The notes beneath the pieces were generated by a model, which worked only from the letters and a program-made list of their open reading frames with translations, was not told the DNA's origin and searched no databases. Made by a program: the position numbers and the translations under genes. DNA of 64,000 nt from Octopus vulgaris (Eukaryota), in NCBI GenBank assembly GCA_951406725.2, contig OX597818.1, forward strand, positions 81,344,001 through 81,408,000, read 5' to 3'. The stretch's first letter is position 1; each line of letters starts with the position of its first letter. Of this stretch, positions 40,618 to 57,082 are shown piece by piece.

Positions 40618-40900
40618 CTTTACTTTGATACTTTGATACTTTGATAGGTTTCGGCCATTATTGGCCCAGGCCATGTCTAACTTAATAGCACCACCTGGTG
40701 AAGTCTTTCAAGTCAGAATTTGGGCACTATGGCCCACTCAAGTAGAGAGTTATTGTTTACAGAGACATATCCGGGTGTAGGGGGTTTATCCGGGATTTCT
40801 TGAAGGAATCTGTCCAAAGACTTCTTGAACCCTATAGGGTCAGTTTCTGTTTTAATGTGTTTTGGTGTAATGTTAAAGAGAGCGGGGCCAATTGAGGTGA
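40616..40900 (-). mobile_element. CR1-like LINE 3' end
   Basis: [32 protein letters not shown]-terminus and an 8-bp (TATCAAAG)n tail. Confidence 0.75.
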
Positions 40901-40919
40901 AATAATTGAAATAATTGAA

Positions 40920-41050
<131 letters not shown>

Positions 41051-41090
41051 TACATATATATATGTATGTATGTATGTATATATATGTATA

Positions 41091-41134
<44 letters not shown>

Positions 41135-41169
41135 GCCTTCCCATACTTCTCTTATTTTTCAAAATTAAG

Positions 41170-41690
41170 AGAAGGAAAGTTATTTTTTAATCTAAAATAT
41201 ACTCTACTTAATTTTCTACAATGCTCTTCCATTTATCTAGTAGACTTGCAACGTCCCACTTCCAAAATTCACTTGTCCGCGACGAAAAATACTCCTCCTC
41301 TAGTGTTTTGACCACGTCTACAGAATTCATATTTTTCCGCCCAAATGATTTTCAAGAATGCGGAATAAATGATAATGAGATAGGGCAATATCCGGCGAAT
41401 ATGGTGGGTGGGGCATCAGTTCCGATTCAAACTGCTCCAGCCTTTGGAATGTCATCCTCGCTACTGTGACTGAGCATTATCCTTATGGGAGTACACATTT
41501 CGTGTTGAAACCAAAGTTGGTCATTTTTCTTCTAGTGCTGACTTAAGTCGCTCAAGCTGCTCGCTGTAGATCTCCTTTGCTATCGCTTGGTTTGCGTTTA
41601 AAAGTTTAAGGTTGATTAAACTTTTCCTATCCCACCAAGCAGATAACAACATTTTACTGGCTGAACAAAAATGTCCGACAGCAATAGTGG
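41170..41690 (-). mobile_element. mariner remnant
   Basis: KMLLSAWWD..NQAIAKEIYSEQLERLKSALEEK and a DNA motif downstream. Confidence 0.65.
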
Positions 41691-41691
41691 G

Positions 41692-41759
<68 letters not shown>

Positions 41760-42432
41760 GTACATACATACGTATACGTTTGTATGTGTGTGTAGCTTTG
41801 TATTTGTTTCCCACCAACACATGAACGTCGGTGTTTGTTTATGACCCTGTAACATAACAGTATAACAGCTCGGCGAAAACATTCCTATAGATTATGTAAC
41901 TGTCTTTAAAAAATTAGTATAAGTGTCGATTTGTTCGACAAAACCTTCAAGAAGGTTTTCCGGCACGGCGTCATCCAATGAAGGAAGCGAAGAAAAGATA
42001 GAAATAAAAGATATAACAAGAACGTACCTCAGAGCCCGAATTGGGTGGAGGGAATCGGCGGTACTATAAATATATAAAGAGGTTAGCAAATGATAATCAG
42101 ACATTAAAAGCACCAATTTAATGATATTCAAGTAGACCAATCTGACTTATGTTGATCCACGTTTGCAAACATTGAGAAGCGACAGTGTTTACTGATTAAC
42201 TATTATTCAACATACCACCTGCCATTTTCTCTTCACAAATTATGATCTGTAATTGTGTCTATGATATTTATCTGGAAGATTCTCACTCGACAATTATCTG
42301 GCGTGACCAATCACCTAGCGATGACAGGACAAATATGTGTTACTAATTAATGTCAAACATGTCGAAGAATCTCTTCTCGAATATTCAATGTCAGTGTTGC
42401 GCTTGTGGGTACATATTTGTAACACACACACA

Positions 42433-42527
<95 letters not shown>

Positions 42528-42603
42528 TCTTGGGGTGTCATGTTAAAATGAGCTTTATTCGGCTACCTGGGATATAGAACACAAAGATAAATCTGAAAAC
42601 GAA

Positions 42604-43140
42604 TACGAGGGTCGGTTGAAAGGTTCATAGGCTGGCCAAGCTACTTTCATGGAATATGGCCAAATGAGATTCAGTTTTCAATATAATCCTCTTTGCAGTC
42701 CGCATACTTCTTTCATCGATGCTGTAGCGCTTGGATTTCATTGGTGAAGGAGCTTTCATTCTTATCAACAGCAGATATGACATCATCTCTGCGATACTGG
42801 TTACAGTTAAATGTTTTATCATATTTAGGAACAGATGATAGTTAGATGGGTTCAAATCAGGAGAATAAGTAGGGGGATCAACCTGTTCAAAGCCACAGTC
42901 AACCGCAGCGGGTATTGAAACCAAGTACTTGTGTCCTGGTAAAACAAGATGCCTTCCGCCAGTTGTACTAGGCGTTGGGTATTAATAACCTTTCGTAAGT
43001 GCCTCAGCATTGATGGTGTGGCCTTTTTGATGATATTCACTAATCACAGTCCTTTCTGTATCCCCAAAAGCTGAGGCCATCACCTTACCTGCAGATGAAA
43101 TCACCTCGGCTTTCTTTGAAGCAGATGAGGTGGGATGTTT
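42604..43140 (-). mobile_element. mariner remnant (3' half with TIR)
   Basis: TIR TACGAGGGTCGGTTGAAAGGTTC; ILFYQD and PTYSPDLNPSNYHLF. Confidence 0.75.
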
Positions 43141-43874
43141 TCACTGTGTGTTTGTTTTTCATGTCAAGTTATAATATTAAAATCCATTTATCATTAAAAT
43201 GAGGGATTACTCGATACTTTTTTGTAAAGTGCTTATTTATTTTTCTCTAACAAGGATAGATTTAACTAATGACTTAGCAGGTCTAATCTTCGAAGTTACA
43301 GTCAATATTATTCCAGTTAAAGAATAGTCTACAAAGATTATATATATATATATATATATGGTGCAAGAATCGAAACCATGATACTGCGAGCAACACCCTT
43401 ACCGCTGGGCTACACACGTTCATAATAAACGAAAAATATTTTGGATACAGTGTGGGTGAAATAGAACTCAAACATTCCTTGAGAACATCAATAGTCTTTG
43501 GAACCATCGGTGAGCTGTGTTGATATGAAGGTACAAAGTCGTTGTTTATTTTTTGACTTTTGTGCGTTGAAAGTTTTGTGCTGTATAGAAAACACAGATA
43601 TGGTTGCAATTCTGGGAGGTTCGGTTTTGGAGAAGAAACGTTCAGAAGAAACATTATCTGGACGTAGGACTTGGTGGTAACCCACCCTCCTACGAAATCG
43701 AAAGGAGTAGAAATGTGAATGCTTATTTGTCCTTCCATCGCTAAGTGGTTGGCCAATTATAAAGCAAGATAATTGTCAAGTTAGAATCGTCCAGGTAAAT
43801 ATCATAAACACATTTTCAGGTATTAACTTGCGAAGAGAAATTGTCAGGCGATATGTTGAATATTGGTGAATAAA

Positions 43875-44420
43875 CTGGCACTCCGTCGGTTACGGTGACA
43901 AGGGCTCCATTTGATCCGATCTACAAAAGAGCCTGTTCGTGTAATTAACGTGTAAGTGACTAAGTGATTGAGCACCCCACATATACATGTAACTTTAACA
44001 CGGATCTCGGGGACATTTAGTGTGACACGGAATGTGACAAGGCTGGCTCTTTGAAATACAGGCACTGCCCATTTTTGCCAGCTGATTGCCCTAGAGTAGG
44101 AGTACTCCATCTTTTACTACGACGCGGGTCCCAGCTGATACAATCAACGGAACAGCCTGCTCGTGAAATTAACATGCAAGTGACTGAGAAATCCACAGAC
44201 ACGCGTAACCCTAACGTAGCTCTCAGGGAGATTCGGCGTTACACAAAATGTGACAAGGTCGGGATTTGAAATACAGGTACAACTCATTTTTGCCAGCTGA
44301 GTGCACTGGAGTAACCTGAAATAAAGTGTCTTGCTCAAGGACACAACGCATCGCCGGGAATTGAATTCACAACCTTACGATCATGAGCTGAATGCCCCTA
44401 ACCACTAAGCTACGCGCCTT
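43875..44420 (-). mobile_element. tRNA/CORE-like SINE with a duplicated 3' tail
   Basis: Head at about 44345-44420, CORE-like GTCCTTGAGCAAGACAC, and a tail present twice (44100-44300, 43875-44085). The tail is shared with 56840-57030. Confidence 0.7.
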
Positions 44421-44940
44421 CCTTGGTAAATAGTGTGCAGCGAATAAATGGAAAGCGAAGCACATTGATGTAGCGCCACAGGAGAAGCCATGTATATAAG
44501 CCAGAGACATAACATATGAAACTTTATATTTAAAACTATAACTGTTGTGATGATTTGTTGAAGTATAGGACAATGTAGTAGTGGTAAGGGAGGAATCATG
44601 TTTGTATTCCACAAGTTGTAACATATTAGTGAATGGAACTTAGCAAGTTAGATCAAAGATTGTTGTGATATAGGATATTAGAATATGTATGAGTAGCACC
44701 ATACTGTTGCTATGGATATAGTTTCAATGTGATTTTATATATGAAATTTGTAGAAGGGTCATTGAATAGAGACAAGTTAAAAAAGTTTCTGGTTTGACAG
44801 AGGAAACGAATAAGTCTTTTTATTTGTGAAAATATCTTGGCAATCTTATATATGTGAATTTCACCAAACATCAATTCAGCACTACTGGTGACATGTTCTA
44901 TTCATAGACACGCACGCATGCTCACACACACTCACACACG

Positions 44941-45003
<63 letters not shown>

Positions 45004-45105
45004 GTACACTTTCTCTCAATCTCTTTACGTATGTGTCATATATACATTTATATATGTATATGTACATATGTATTTACGTGAGTATTTATATGTATGCATT
45101 TATGT

Positions 45106-45161
<56 letters not shown>

Positions 45162-45848
45162 TATATATATATGTATAAATGTGTGTGTACGTCTCTCTCT
45201 ATCTCTCCCCCCTCTCTATCTATCTCCATATATATATATATATAAGTATGAATTCATGCGTGAGTATATATCTATAAACTCACACGTGTATAAATAACTG
45301 TGTACATGTGTTCTAAATATGTGGAACTATCTATCTCTCTGTATCTGCCTCTCTATATCTATCTTCACACACATATATAATTTAGCTCTCAAAGTATAAA
45401 GAATTCACAGATAGGCAGATATATGCACCCGCATAAACGTACTTATACACATATGCCTGCATACATACGCACCACACGCATTTCAGCAATGTTCTATTTA
45501 AAGCCATATTAACTAATCTAGGTTGTTAAGTGCCATTATCAACATTTTTATTTATTTTTTAAATTAATACAAGTTCGCGAAAGCCTGGTTAAATCATTCT
45601 CCAGAAATTTTGTATATTTTTCTCCTGCCAGAACTCAATCAAGGAATCAATTTCCGTTCTGTAGAGGAGAACATCGGTTAACTTGCTTTTTCTTTAATTA
45701 CAGGCGCTGCTATTTTTTGTCCTCTGGCGTACTGTGTTCTACATTAGCCAATCAAATTGACCGATTATTCGCGAAAACGTATGTCCATCATTATCAATAA
45801 CATTATCATCATCGTCATCATCAATGAAGAGCTGCAGCAGTGTTAGTG

Positions 45849-47810
<1,962 letters not shown>

Positions 47811-47899
47811 GCTGATTCTTTCTATATTGGCCAGAAGGACGGCTCATAAAACAAAGGACGATACAACACAAAGGACAATGTGGTTTTACATGTAGTCCG

Positions 47900-49640
47900 T
47901 GTAAAAAGTAATGAACAATATGAATGTAAAATTCAAACAATAAAATTCCCCCAAAGTGGGGAAACCTCACCCAGAGGCAACCATGAAATCCCACTTATGC
48001 TGGACCTATTCAGTCTTTTTCACCTCGTCCAACACACTACTTCTTTTGCCACAGCCACTAGACAGAGGAAAACCGCCTGCCTTTCCCGGTGGAAAGACGT
48101 CAGCGGGGCGATCATCACGACAGACGCAGCCGAAAACCGCTTCCGTAAGTCAGCAATGCGCGGACACTAGACGAGTGTATGCAGAAGAGCTTCATCGCAT
48201 TGGGTGCATCTTGGACAGGATCACATGACAGCACTTCCGTGCCTGTCAAGCATATCTCGAACAGACAGAGCCTCTCGGTTGAAATAACAGGCCAGGGATT
48301 TCTGGAAGTTATCCATAGGCCCTAGCCCGAACGTCATCCGGCTAAACCCAGCCTCTTGATCTCTCCCTGCGCTTAGAGATTAACTGAGGACATCATCGCT
48401 CCTCTTCACCACTCAACCTCTACAAAATCCCAAGTTGGAAATTCAAGCAACTGCATTGCCCGACAGGCAGAGGACTGTGATTGCTTGCCGACACTCCAGG
48501 TAGTAAGCGCCCAGCCTCGGTCTACACTTGATCCAGGGCTGCAGGTGAGCTACAGAGACTCACATCTGACAATCGGCGATCAGAACTGTTCACTGCAAAA
48601 AAAAGAAAAAGAAATTAAACACTGGCAGTGTGACACCTTCAGTATATGTCTGCTCATCATTAGCCATTGTATGCCCAGCCCTATTGGCGGCGGCTGCCGA
48701 CAGGAAAGAAATTGTATGACTGGCGTAACCTGCCCCTTCCATAAAAAGAATAAATGGCAGGAAATTGAAGGTCTTAGACGTCACAGTGGATGCTAAAGAA
48801 AATCTTTGAAAAAGGCATACAATTTATCCAGATAGGGAGACTAGAACTATGCACAAGAAAAATGCAATGATAGTCAAAGGCTACGGATAGAAACCAATGA
48901 AACGTGGTATTCAGGAACTGAGGTAAAGAGAGGACAAAAGAAGGGGCAAAAATGCAATACAACAATCTCAACAAGGACAGTGGACAAACTGGGACGAGTC
49001 ATTGCAAAGGTCGCTTGCATGGAACGACGAATGCTTAGTTCGTGCAAGGTAACCCTTGACAGTAACGGATACATGTGGGGACACGACAAAGTGCTAGAAG
49101 AGTTAATTCGTTCAATCAGAGGCCTGCTGCAATCTAAAGCATCGAATTTAACTCTGATGTAATATAATGAAAGAAAAAAAGAATAGGTGATTTGGCTTTA
49201 AAATGATGCTCAATTATTTCGTCGTGCTCGAACGAAATCCACTTGGACTTCATAGTAGTATGGGAAATATTCAAATCTTATCAGTAAGAAAAAGATATAG
49301 ACCAGATATTGTCCTATGATCGAATTTAAGTGCCAGAGTCATCTGATAGTCCCCGATGAGGGCCTTGTAGATGAACAACACTGATTCAAGTCCAGAAAGT
49401 ATGATGACATTGTGAAAGAACTAACAAAAGAGCAGTACCGTTCCGTAGTAAAAGCGATGGTACTTGGCGCACGAGGGTCTGCCGCATCATCCATTTGTCA
49501 ACTACCAGGTCAGCTCAGATCGGAAAAGAATAGTGTCTATGAAACACCTGTCAGAGGCAGCTGAGAAGAGCTCAATGTAGTTATGGACGAAACGAAATGA
49601 TAGATGGAATTATAGATGGAACAGTAAGCCACTAATCTAG
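47900..49640 (+). mobile_element. Hero-like RLE non-LTR retrotransposon remnant with large internal deletions
   Basis: QGQWTNWDE, MLSSCKVTL..Y.W.HDKVL (cf. HILSxCxxALxxGRYxWRHD), RPDIVL and VLGARG motifs. Confidence 0.6.
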
Positions 49641-49883
49641 AAGAAAAGAAACCCAATTTGAAACATGCAAGTTCGTGTGGTGGTCGTTGTGGCCAAGCGA
49701 TAACGTCACCCAAAGTTTCAGAGTTCAATTCCCGCTACAGGCGGCATTTAAATAACTGTAGGGAGACATCTAGGAGTCACTATCTAGGTCTCTCAGCTCC
49801 CTCAGATTGTCAGGAACGAAAAGACCAAAACATTTCTTTGACAGGCTTTCTGCTGTCCGCTCGCCCCGTAGCGAATTTTCCTT

Positions 49884-50001
<118 letters not shown>

Positions 50002-50127
50002 AATCTATCTATCTAAAAACCTCCTCCGAGACACATCAAAGAACGAGGAAGCCAAAACTTTCGACACAAGTAAGTAACTCTCTGTACTTTCCTTTTAGTG
50101 TTTTAAAGCACACACCCCAATAGAATC

Positions 50128-51050
50128 ATGGTCAAGATTGGTTGTGTGAATGCGCGTGGCTTGGGGTCTCCTTGGAAACAAAGATACCTCCTAAATGACA
50201 TCAAGTCACACGATTTGGGAATCATAGCCATAAGTGAGACCAGACTCCACGAGCCACGGGCCCTAAAGTCCATGTTTGGCGGACAGTTTAACATTTATTT
50301 TGCTCCCTGTCTGCCGAGGATGGGCGGTAGTGGCACCGCGGTACTTTTTCACAAGAGCCTGGATCTCGAAGTCAAGACGATATTCGTAGATCCGGAGGGT
50401 AGACTGGTCGTTCTGGATGTCGACGGCAGCAATGGGTGCGCTTTTTGACTCGTATCAGTCTACGCACCGCCTTTAACAGGTCGGCCGGATTTCTTTCGAC
50501 GTCTAGAAGTATTCCTGGGAACGTCTCGTCCTTTACTTTTAGTGGGGGATTGGAATGCTACATTGGACACGCATCTAGACTATGTGGGGAGAGACAAAAA
50601 CAGAAGGGGATGCAAATGCCACAGAGACCTGCTCAGACGATTCCAACTGTCTGACAGGTACCGACTCGACCACCCAAATGCACCAACGTGGATATGGAGC
50701 AACCGCAGTGGGTCGTCGAGATCGTATCTAGATAGGATACTGTGTAGGACTGTAGACAGGGATAACTTAGGATGTCCACAATTCCACACAGTCAGCTACA
50801 CGGATCACAAATTCGTGACGTGTACGCTAGACTTAGATAAGGCACATAGACAGGGTCCTGGTTACTGGAAACTGAACGCATCATTCCCGTCCAGACAAGT
50901 TTTCAGAGACAGAATCAACACGTTAGTAAAAAGGGCTTTAACGGGAGCCATTGTCAACAACAAATGGTGGTTGGTTCGCCCTCAAGAGAGCAGTAAAAGC
51001 GGAAGCAATTACATATAGCAAGGCACTAGCCGTAGATAGAAATAGAGTGA
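50128..51050 (+). pseudogene. Tx1 ORF2 AP-like endonuclease domain (stop at about 50446, frameshifts downstream)
   Basis: NARGL, ISET, GRLVVL, VYAP, GDWN, SYLDRIL, TDHK and GPGYWKLN motifs. Confidence 0.9.
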
Positions 51051-51114
51051 GTTAGTTAAGAAGTTAGAAGAGGCAATAAGAAGCGGCATCACATCCGACG
51101 TTTTAGCGGCGAGG

Positions 51115-53388
51115 TTGGCCCTTGACCAACACTTCAACGCCAAACACGAAGGGTGTGCTGTCAGGGCTAGGATGCGTGCTCTAAGGATGGAAGGTGTTGG
51201 AGCCGCGAGGGAGGCCCGGGTGGCGGAGGCGCAGCAGGGCAACAAAGCCACCATTCGGTCTCTGGTAGATGAACAAGGGCGCGAATTGCTCGAGCCCAGC
51301 AAGATGTGCGAGACATTTCAGCGGCACTTTGCCCGATTGTACGGGACGAGTGGTGAGCGCGAACGCAGGGTGGACTTCAGTGCCTACCTGCACAGCCTAC
51401 CACGACTCTCGGAAAGAGAGGCAGAGTGCTGCGAAGGTGCCATCACGGCGGCGGATGTGCGGGGCGCGATGGCAGAATGCTCGAGAGACAAATCGCCGGG
51501 TTTGGATGGTCTGCCCTACGAGTTTTACAAGTGTATGCCAGACTTGTTTGGAGACGTCTTGGCAGCGGTATACTGCAACTGGCAGCAAAACGGGAGCATA
51601 ACCGGTTTTGTGAGTCGAGGAGCCGTAACGCTGCTGAAGAAAGATCCAAACCAGGGTAACATTATAGATAACTTTAGACCAATCACTCTGATCAATGCAG
51701 ACCTGAAAATTTTGACAAAGGTGTTAGCCAAGAGGTTGGCGCTTGTCATCGAGAAACTGGTCGACAACGCACAAACGTGCGCCGTGCCGGGCAGGAGCAT
51801 CCATGACAACCTCCATCTGATGCGCTACATCATAGACAGAGTAGTTAAGGAACCTGGCATGGGTGGGGCCCTGATCAACTTGGATCAATCGAAAGCCTTC
51901 GATAGGGTAGACCATCGATACTTGGAGGCAGTCCTGAGAGCGGCTGGTTTCGGTCCCGTCTTCCGCGGCTGGATAGCTGCCTTGTACAGAGGCATCCGTT
52001 CGGTAATTCGCGTAAATGGACATCTATCGAGACCTTTCGACATTGCACGTTCGGTCCGTCAGGGATGCCCCCTCTCGTCGCTTCTATACGTATTGACTCT
52101 TGAGCCACTACTGCAGAAGCTGGCGACTCTGAGGGGCATCCCGCGAGAATTGGGATGTGGGACGAGCGTATCTGCATACGCGGACGACGTCACCGTCATA
52201 GTGTCAAGCCACGAGCACATCGAGCTGGTCGGCGAGACACTGAAAGACTACGAAGCGGTGACAGGAGCAAAAATCAACCGGGAAAAGTCAGTGGGCTTGC
52301 GGCTCGGCACCTGGAGAAGCAATCCCATGCCGTCCACCAGTACCTCCGTCGTGGGACGCTGGACCGACGGCCCGGTTGAGTTGCTCGGGGTCTGGATCGG
52401 TCCGGACCTCCAAATGGAGAAGAACTGGAACGAGATAACGAGTAGGGTGGTCACTCTCGCCCAGCAATGGGCCGAGAGGAAACTGCCCCTAAAAGGTCGG
52501 GCGGAGGTGGCGAACGCGTACATCGCGTCCATCATCTACTACCGCCTGACCGTCGTACCTTGTCCCGACCCTACCATCACCAAACTAGAACGCATTCTCT
52601 TCCGCTTCTTGTGGAAAGGATGCGTCCCGATGGTCAGGCGATCCATTTGCTGTCAACACCCGTTAAAAGGAGGGCTGGGCATGCCGTGGTTGATGATGCG
52701 CAGACACGCGCTGAGACTGCGACATCTCCGGCTCTATCTAGACGACGGTGAACAGGTGTGGTCACCATTTGTGAGGCACGCGTTCCTGCAGCTCGTCTTC
52801 ATGACCGAACTGCAGTCGTGGATCAAAAAGAGGCCGAGGAAGGGCGAATGGCACCGCGAGTGTCGCGTTGCTCTCAAGCAACTCTGCCGTCCTGGGTCGA
52901 CCTTGAGTGACTTCAACACAACCAAAGCATTCTATAGGGGATTAGTGGAGGGGAGGTACGACGATGATCTTGGGGCAAACCTGGGCGTCGACGAAACCGC
53001 TCTGCACGCAATCGTGCAGTGTCCAGCAATTTCCGACCTGTGGGCTTATGTCGAACGACTGCTGTCACGTGTGGGACGTGTCGGTTTATCAGCCGAGTCT
53101 ATCGTTAATATAGTCACGCCTCCTTCCTTCAAACGGGAAGGAAGAGCTATTTTTATCATACTTGTGGCTATGGCGAAAGAATGTATCTGGTGGACGCGCC
53201 TGAAAGGATTAGAGACAAACACTTTCCTCTCTGGTCAATCTCTCATCAACTTTTTCAAGTATCACTTGAAGAGGAAAGTGAGAGTAGAGAGGCAAGTTTT
53301 GTCTAGTGAATGCTTTAAAAAAAGATGGGTGAATGTAGCAAGGATGGCACGTATGAATGACGAAGCCACCTTGACTATGATTCTATGA
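51115..53388 (+). pseudogene. Tx1 ORF2 reverse transcriptase (757-aa open stretch; in-frame deletion near 52995)
   Basis: SPGLDGLPYEFY, NFRPITLIN, LDQSKAFDRVDH, VRQGCPLS, AYADD and KGGLG; the Cys region is truncated at ETALHAIVQC. Confidence 0.9.
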
Positions 53389-54007
53389 ACCGTAAAAATT
53401 AATACACAGTTGCTTATTTGCAAAAAAAAAAGAAATATAACATGTGACTTCATTGCCCGAGGTTACCGTGGTCTTTTCCGTAGGCTTTTCTTTCCACGGG
53501 TAAACCTCACCTGTCCTCCCCTTTACACTTCATATTGACATTTCTGTGATAACGATCCCTATTGATCAATTTTTTTCTTCCCCCCCCTTTATTCTCTTTC
53601 TTTTTAAAAATTTTATTCCCCTCTTTTTTGTCCTCTTTCTTTCCCTTTACGATCCGTTTTGATCGAAAACCAAACCCCCTTTTTTACCCCCAAAAGAAAA
53701 GCTCTACCTTGTAATTTGTCCTGTCTGTGTGCAGCCCTGTGTGGCTAATAAAGAAACATATCTATCTGTGTGTGTGTCTGTCTGTGGATTGTCTGACTGA
53801 GTGGATATTGTCTGTCTGCCTGTCTGCTTGTTTGTCAAATACCTGTCTGTCAGCTTGTTTGTCTATTGTCCGTCTGTCTGTTTGTCTCCTGTCTGCTACT
53901 CTGACTTTCTGCTTGTTTGTCTACTTTCTGTCTGCCAGTTTGCTTGTTTGCCTAATGTTTGTCTATTGTCTGACTGATTATTTTCTGTTTGTTTCTCAAT
54001 TGCCTGT

Positions 54008-54079
<72 letters not shown>

Positions 54080-54096
54080 GTATCTATCTATCTATC

Positions 54097-54232
54097 TTTT
54101 CTTTTCCCGATCCCTTTTGATCGAAATTTTACATTTGTTTCCTTTTTTTTCCCTTTTCCATCTTCGAAAAGAAAAGCTCTACATTTGTAATTGTCCCCTC
54201 TGTGTCCAGCCCTGTGTGGCCAATAAAGAAAG

Positions 54233-54233
<1 letters not shown>
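54097..54233 (+). mobile_element. Short 3'-end copy of the Tx1-like LINE inside (TATC)n
   Basis: CGATCC.TTTTGATCGAAA..AAAAGAAAAGCTCTAC..CAGCCCTGTGTGGC.AATAAAGAAA matches about 53650-53758. Confidence 0.85.
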
Positions 54234-54306
<73 letters not shown>

Positions 54307-54779
54307 GTCTGTCTGTCTGTCTATCTTTCTGTCTGTCTGTCCGTCCGTCCGTCTGTCTATCTGTCTATCTGTCTGTCTGTCGGACCGTCTGCATGTCTAT
54401 TTTCTGACTATATATCGATATATCCACATATATATTATAGTACATATATGAGTAAAATAATTTTTATGTACTACTACTACTACTACTACTACTATTACTA
54501 CCACTACTACTACCACCACTACCACCACCACCACCACCACCACCACCACCACCACCACCACCACCACCACCATCTTTAGAATAAAGAATAAAAGAGAAAT
54601 AGCTAGAAGAAAATGAGCACATATGACCTTCGCGTCTCTTTTGGCACATATTAGAAGCCCCTCATCATCGTACTTCCCGGTTGAATTCCCAAGCGTGACC
54701 AAATGAAACTATGAATATTTCCTCGTTATCTCATTCTTGTTCTACCCCTAAGTCTCCTGTCGGTTAGCTCGAAACTTGG

Positions 54780-54900
54780 TATTTCAGGACAAAAAGAGGG
54801 ACAAAAAGGAATATAGCAGTCTGAACAAGCGCAGTGGACAAATTGGGACGAGTCATTATAAAGTTCACTTACATGGAACGATGTGTGGAAGATGGCAAGT
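54780..54900 (+). mobile_element. Hero-like fragment related to 48930-49030
   Basis: CAGTGGACAAA.TGGGACGAGTCATT..ATGGAACGA is shared. Confidence 0.6.
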
Positions 54901-55547
54901 TTCGAGCTAATTCTACAAGTCAGTAGTATCGGAATTGCGATCTCTCAAAGCGTAGAAGTAACGGCTCGTCGACCTGGATAAGCTTTGTGAACCCCCGAGC
55001 TATGCATCCAATCGAGAAACATTACGTACTTTTTTATCGTTTGGTTAGGCTACTCAATGCCTTGTGAATGAACTTGATCGGAGACGAAATCGTAACCACA
55101 GTACTTGACAACTTAAAACAGTTGTTGCGTCAAAATCCTTTAATCCTTAAAGTATGTTTTGCGTTATACAACCTCATTATAATGTAATGAAGAGTTAGCT
55201 TTATTATACGAAATGAAAATACCAATCGTCAAAATTGACATAGCATCGATTATATGCTTGGAAATGCGTGCTAGCTTGTGTTAATGTCTTTTATTTTTAG
55301 CTTACTGGCTAGAAGATACACAAATATGATATTTGTGTGTCTGTCGGCATTTTTATATACATACATGTGTGTGTGTGTGTGTGTGTGTGTCTGGTCATGC
55401 AAACAAGAAAATAGAGCTCAAAACATGAGTGTATGTGTATATTTATTATCAACAACTGACAGGAATTACAGAGTGACTCAAGGTTTGAGAGTTTCGTGTA
55501 TGGACACACAAACGCACACGCATATATGTATGTATATAGAAATGCAT

Positions 55548-55591
<44 letters not shown>

Positions 55592-55640
55592 TGCATATAT
55601 ATATATAGAGATAGATAGATAGATAGAGAGAGAAATATAT

Positions 55641-55677
<37 letters not shown>

Positions 55678-56234
55678 CGATAATATATGCATAATCGATA
55701 ATATATTTCCGCGAATTTCCATATAATACCTAAAGCAAAAATTATTATTTCGAGATAGCGCAATGTTGCCAGGAATTTTTGCCAAAACCTTTATGTCTAA
55801 AATCGTTTCTTGTGAAATTTTGTAAAAAGCCCTGTCAAAGCCGAGGAAGAAGAAGTTCATGAAAAGACGGAAGTTAATACAATTTCTGAAAGGAATTTAT
55901 ATTGAATACAAAAGGTCGTATGTTTAAAAAAAATGCCATTTTCCAGTAAATTTCTTCAGTTTGCTACACAGTTCACAGTTAGCAGGTTTTCCTGTTGATT
56001 CTTGGATATAATTTGGCTCCAAGGATTGCTTTAACAATTTAACAATTTCAGCATCTGCGAAGAATAAAATGACGATATTCAAACACTTGTTTAGGAAAAT
56101 GTGACCCTAAATTCTCTTCCATTTGGTTATTTGGTGAGGATTCTAGAAAAATCCATATTTTCATAAAAGATACTAGCAATTATATCTTCATCTAAAAATC
56201 ATGTATATTCAGATTCAGCTCTTCCCTTTGTTCC

Positions 56235-56640
56235 TTTTTGTCTTTATCTTTTTTCGTTTGTTTCGGTCATTTGATTGTGGCCATGCTGGGGCACTGCCTC
56301 AAGGAATTTTGGTTGAATTAATCGACACCAGAACTTATTTTCCTTTTTAAGCCTAGTACTTATTCTATCTGTCTCTTTTGCTGAACTCTTAGGTTAGGGG
56401 ACGTAAACACATCAGCACCGGTTATCAAGCGGTGGTGGAGACAAACACAGACAACACACAAGCACACAAACGCACGCGCGCACACACACACACACACACT
56501 CACACACACACATGTGACGGACGTCTTTCAGTTTTCGTCTACAATAACCGCTCATGAGGCTTTGAGCGGCTCCATGCCGCAGACACTTACCCAAGGTGTC
56601 ACACAGTGGGGCTGAAACCGGAACTATGTGGGTGAGAAGC
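56235..56640 (-). mobile_element. SINE (419-816 family)
   Basis: Reverse complement of the 34362-34722 structure. Confidence 0.75.
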
Positions 56641-56644
56641 ATGT

Positions 56645-57029
56645 TTAGTGCAATGGCCCAGTGGTTAGGGTAGCGGACTCACGGTCGTAGGATCGCGGTT
56701 TCGATTCCCAGACCGGGCGTTGTGAGTGTTTATTGAGCGAAAACACCTAAAGCTTCACGGGCTCCGGCAGGGATGGTGGTGATCCCTGCTGTACTCTTTC
56801 ACCACAACTTTCTCTCACTCTTACTTCCTGTTTCTGTTGTACCTGTATTTCAAAGGACCGGCCTTGTCACTCTCTCTGTCACACTGAATATCCCCGAGAA
56901 CTACGTTAAGGGTACACGTGGTACACGTGTCTGTGGAGTGCTAAGCCACTTACACGTTAATTTCCCGAGCAGGCTGTTCCGATGATCGGATCAACCGGAA
57001 CCCTCGTCGTCGTAACCGACGGAGTGCTT

Positions 57030-57030
<1 letters not shown>
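56645..57030 (+). mobile_element. Full-length tRNA-derived SINE
   Basis: A box TGGCCCAGTGG and B box GGTTTCGATTCC. The body is shared with 1-140 and the tail with 43875-44300. Confidence 0.85.

Positions 57031-57082
<52 letters not shown>

Larger units (their letters stand above)
50015..53758 (+). mobile_element. Tx1-clade (L1 superfamily) LINE, truncated in ORF1, inserted in (TATC)n
   Basis: Probable ORF1 tail at 50015-50077, ORF2 APE plus RT, T-rich 3' UTR, AATAAA at 53747, and TATC repeats at both junctions. Confidence 0.9.

Noticed and set aside
43200-43800. 157-aa minus-strand ORF
   Set aside because: Probably a decayed LINE RT fragment with a SINE piece inside; too degraded to call.
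56645-56720. tRNA gene
   Set aside because: A and B boxes are present, but the sequence continues into a SINE body with no proper acceptor stem or terminator.
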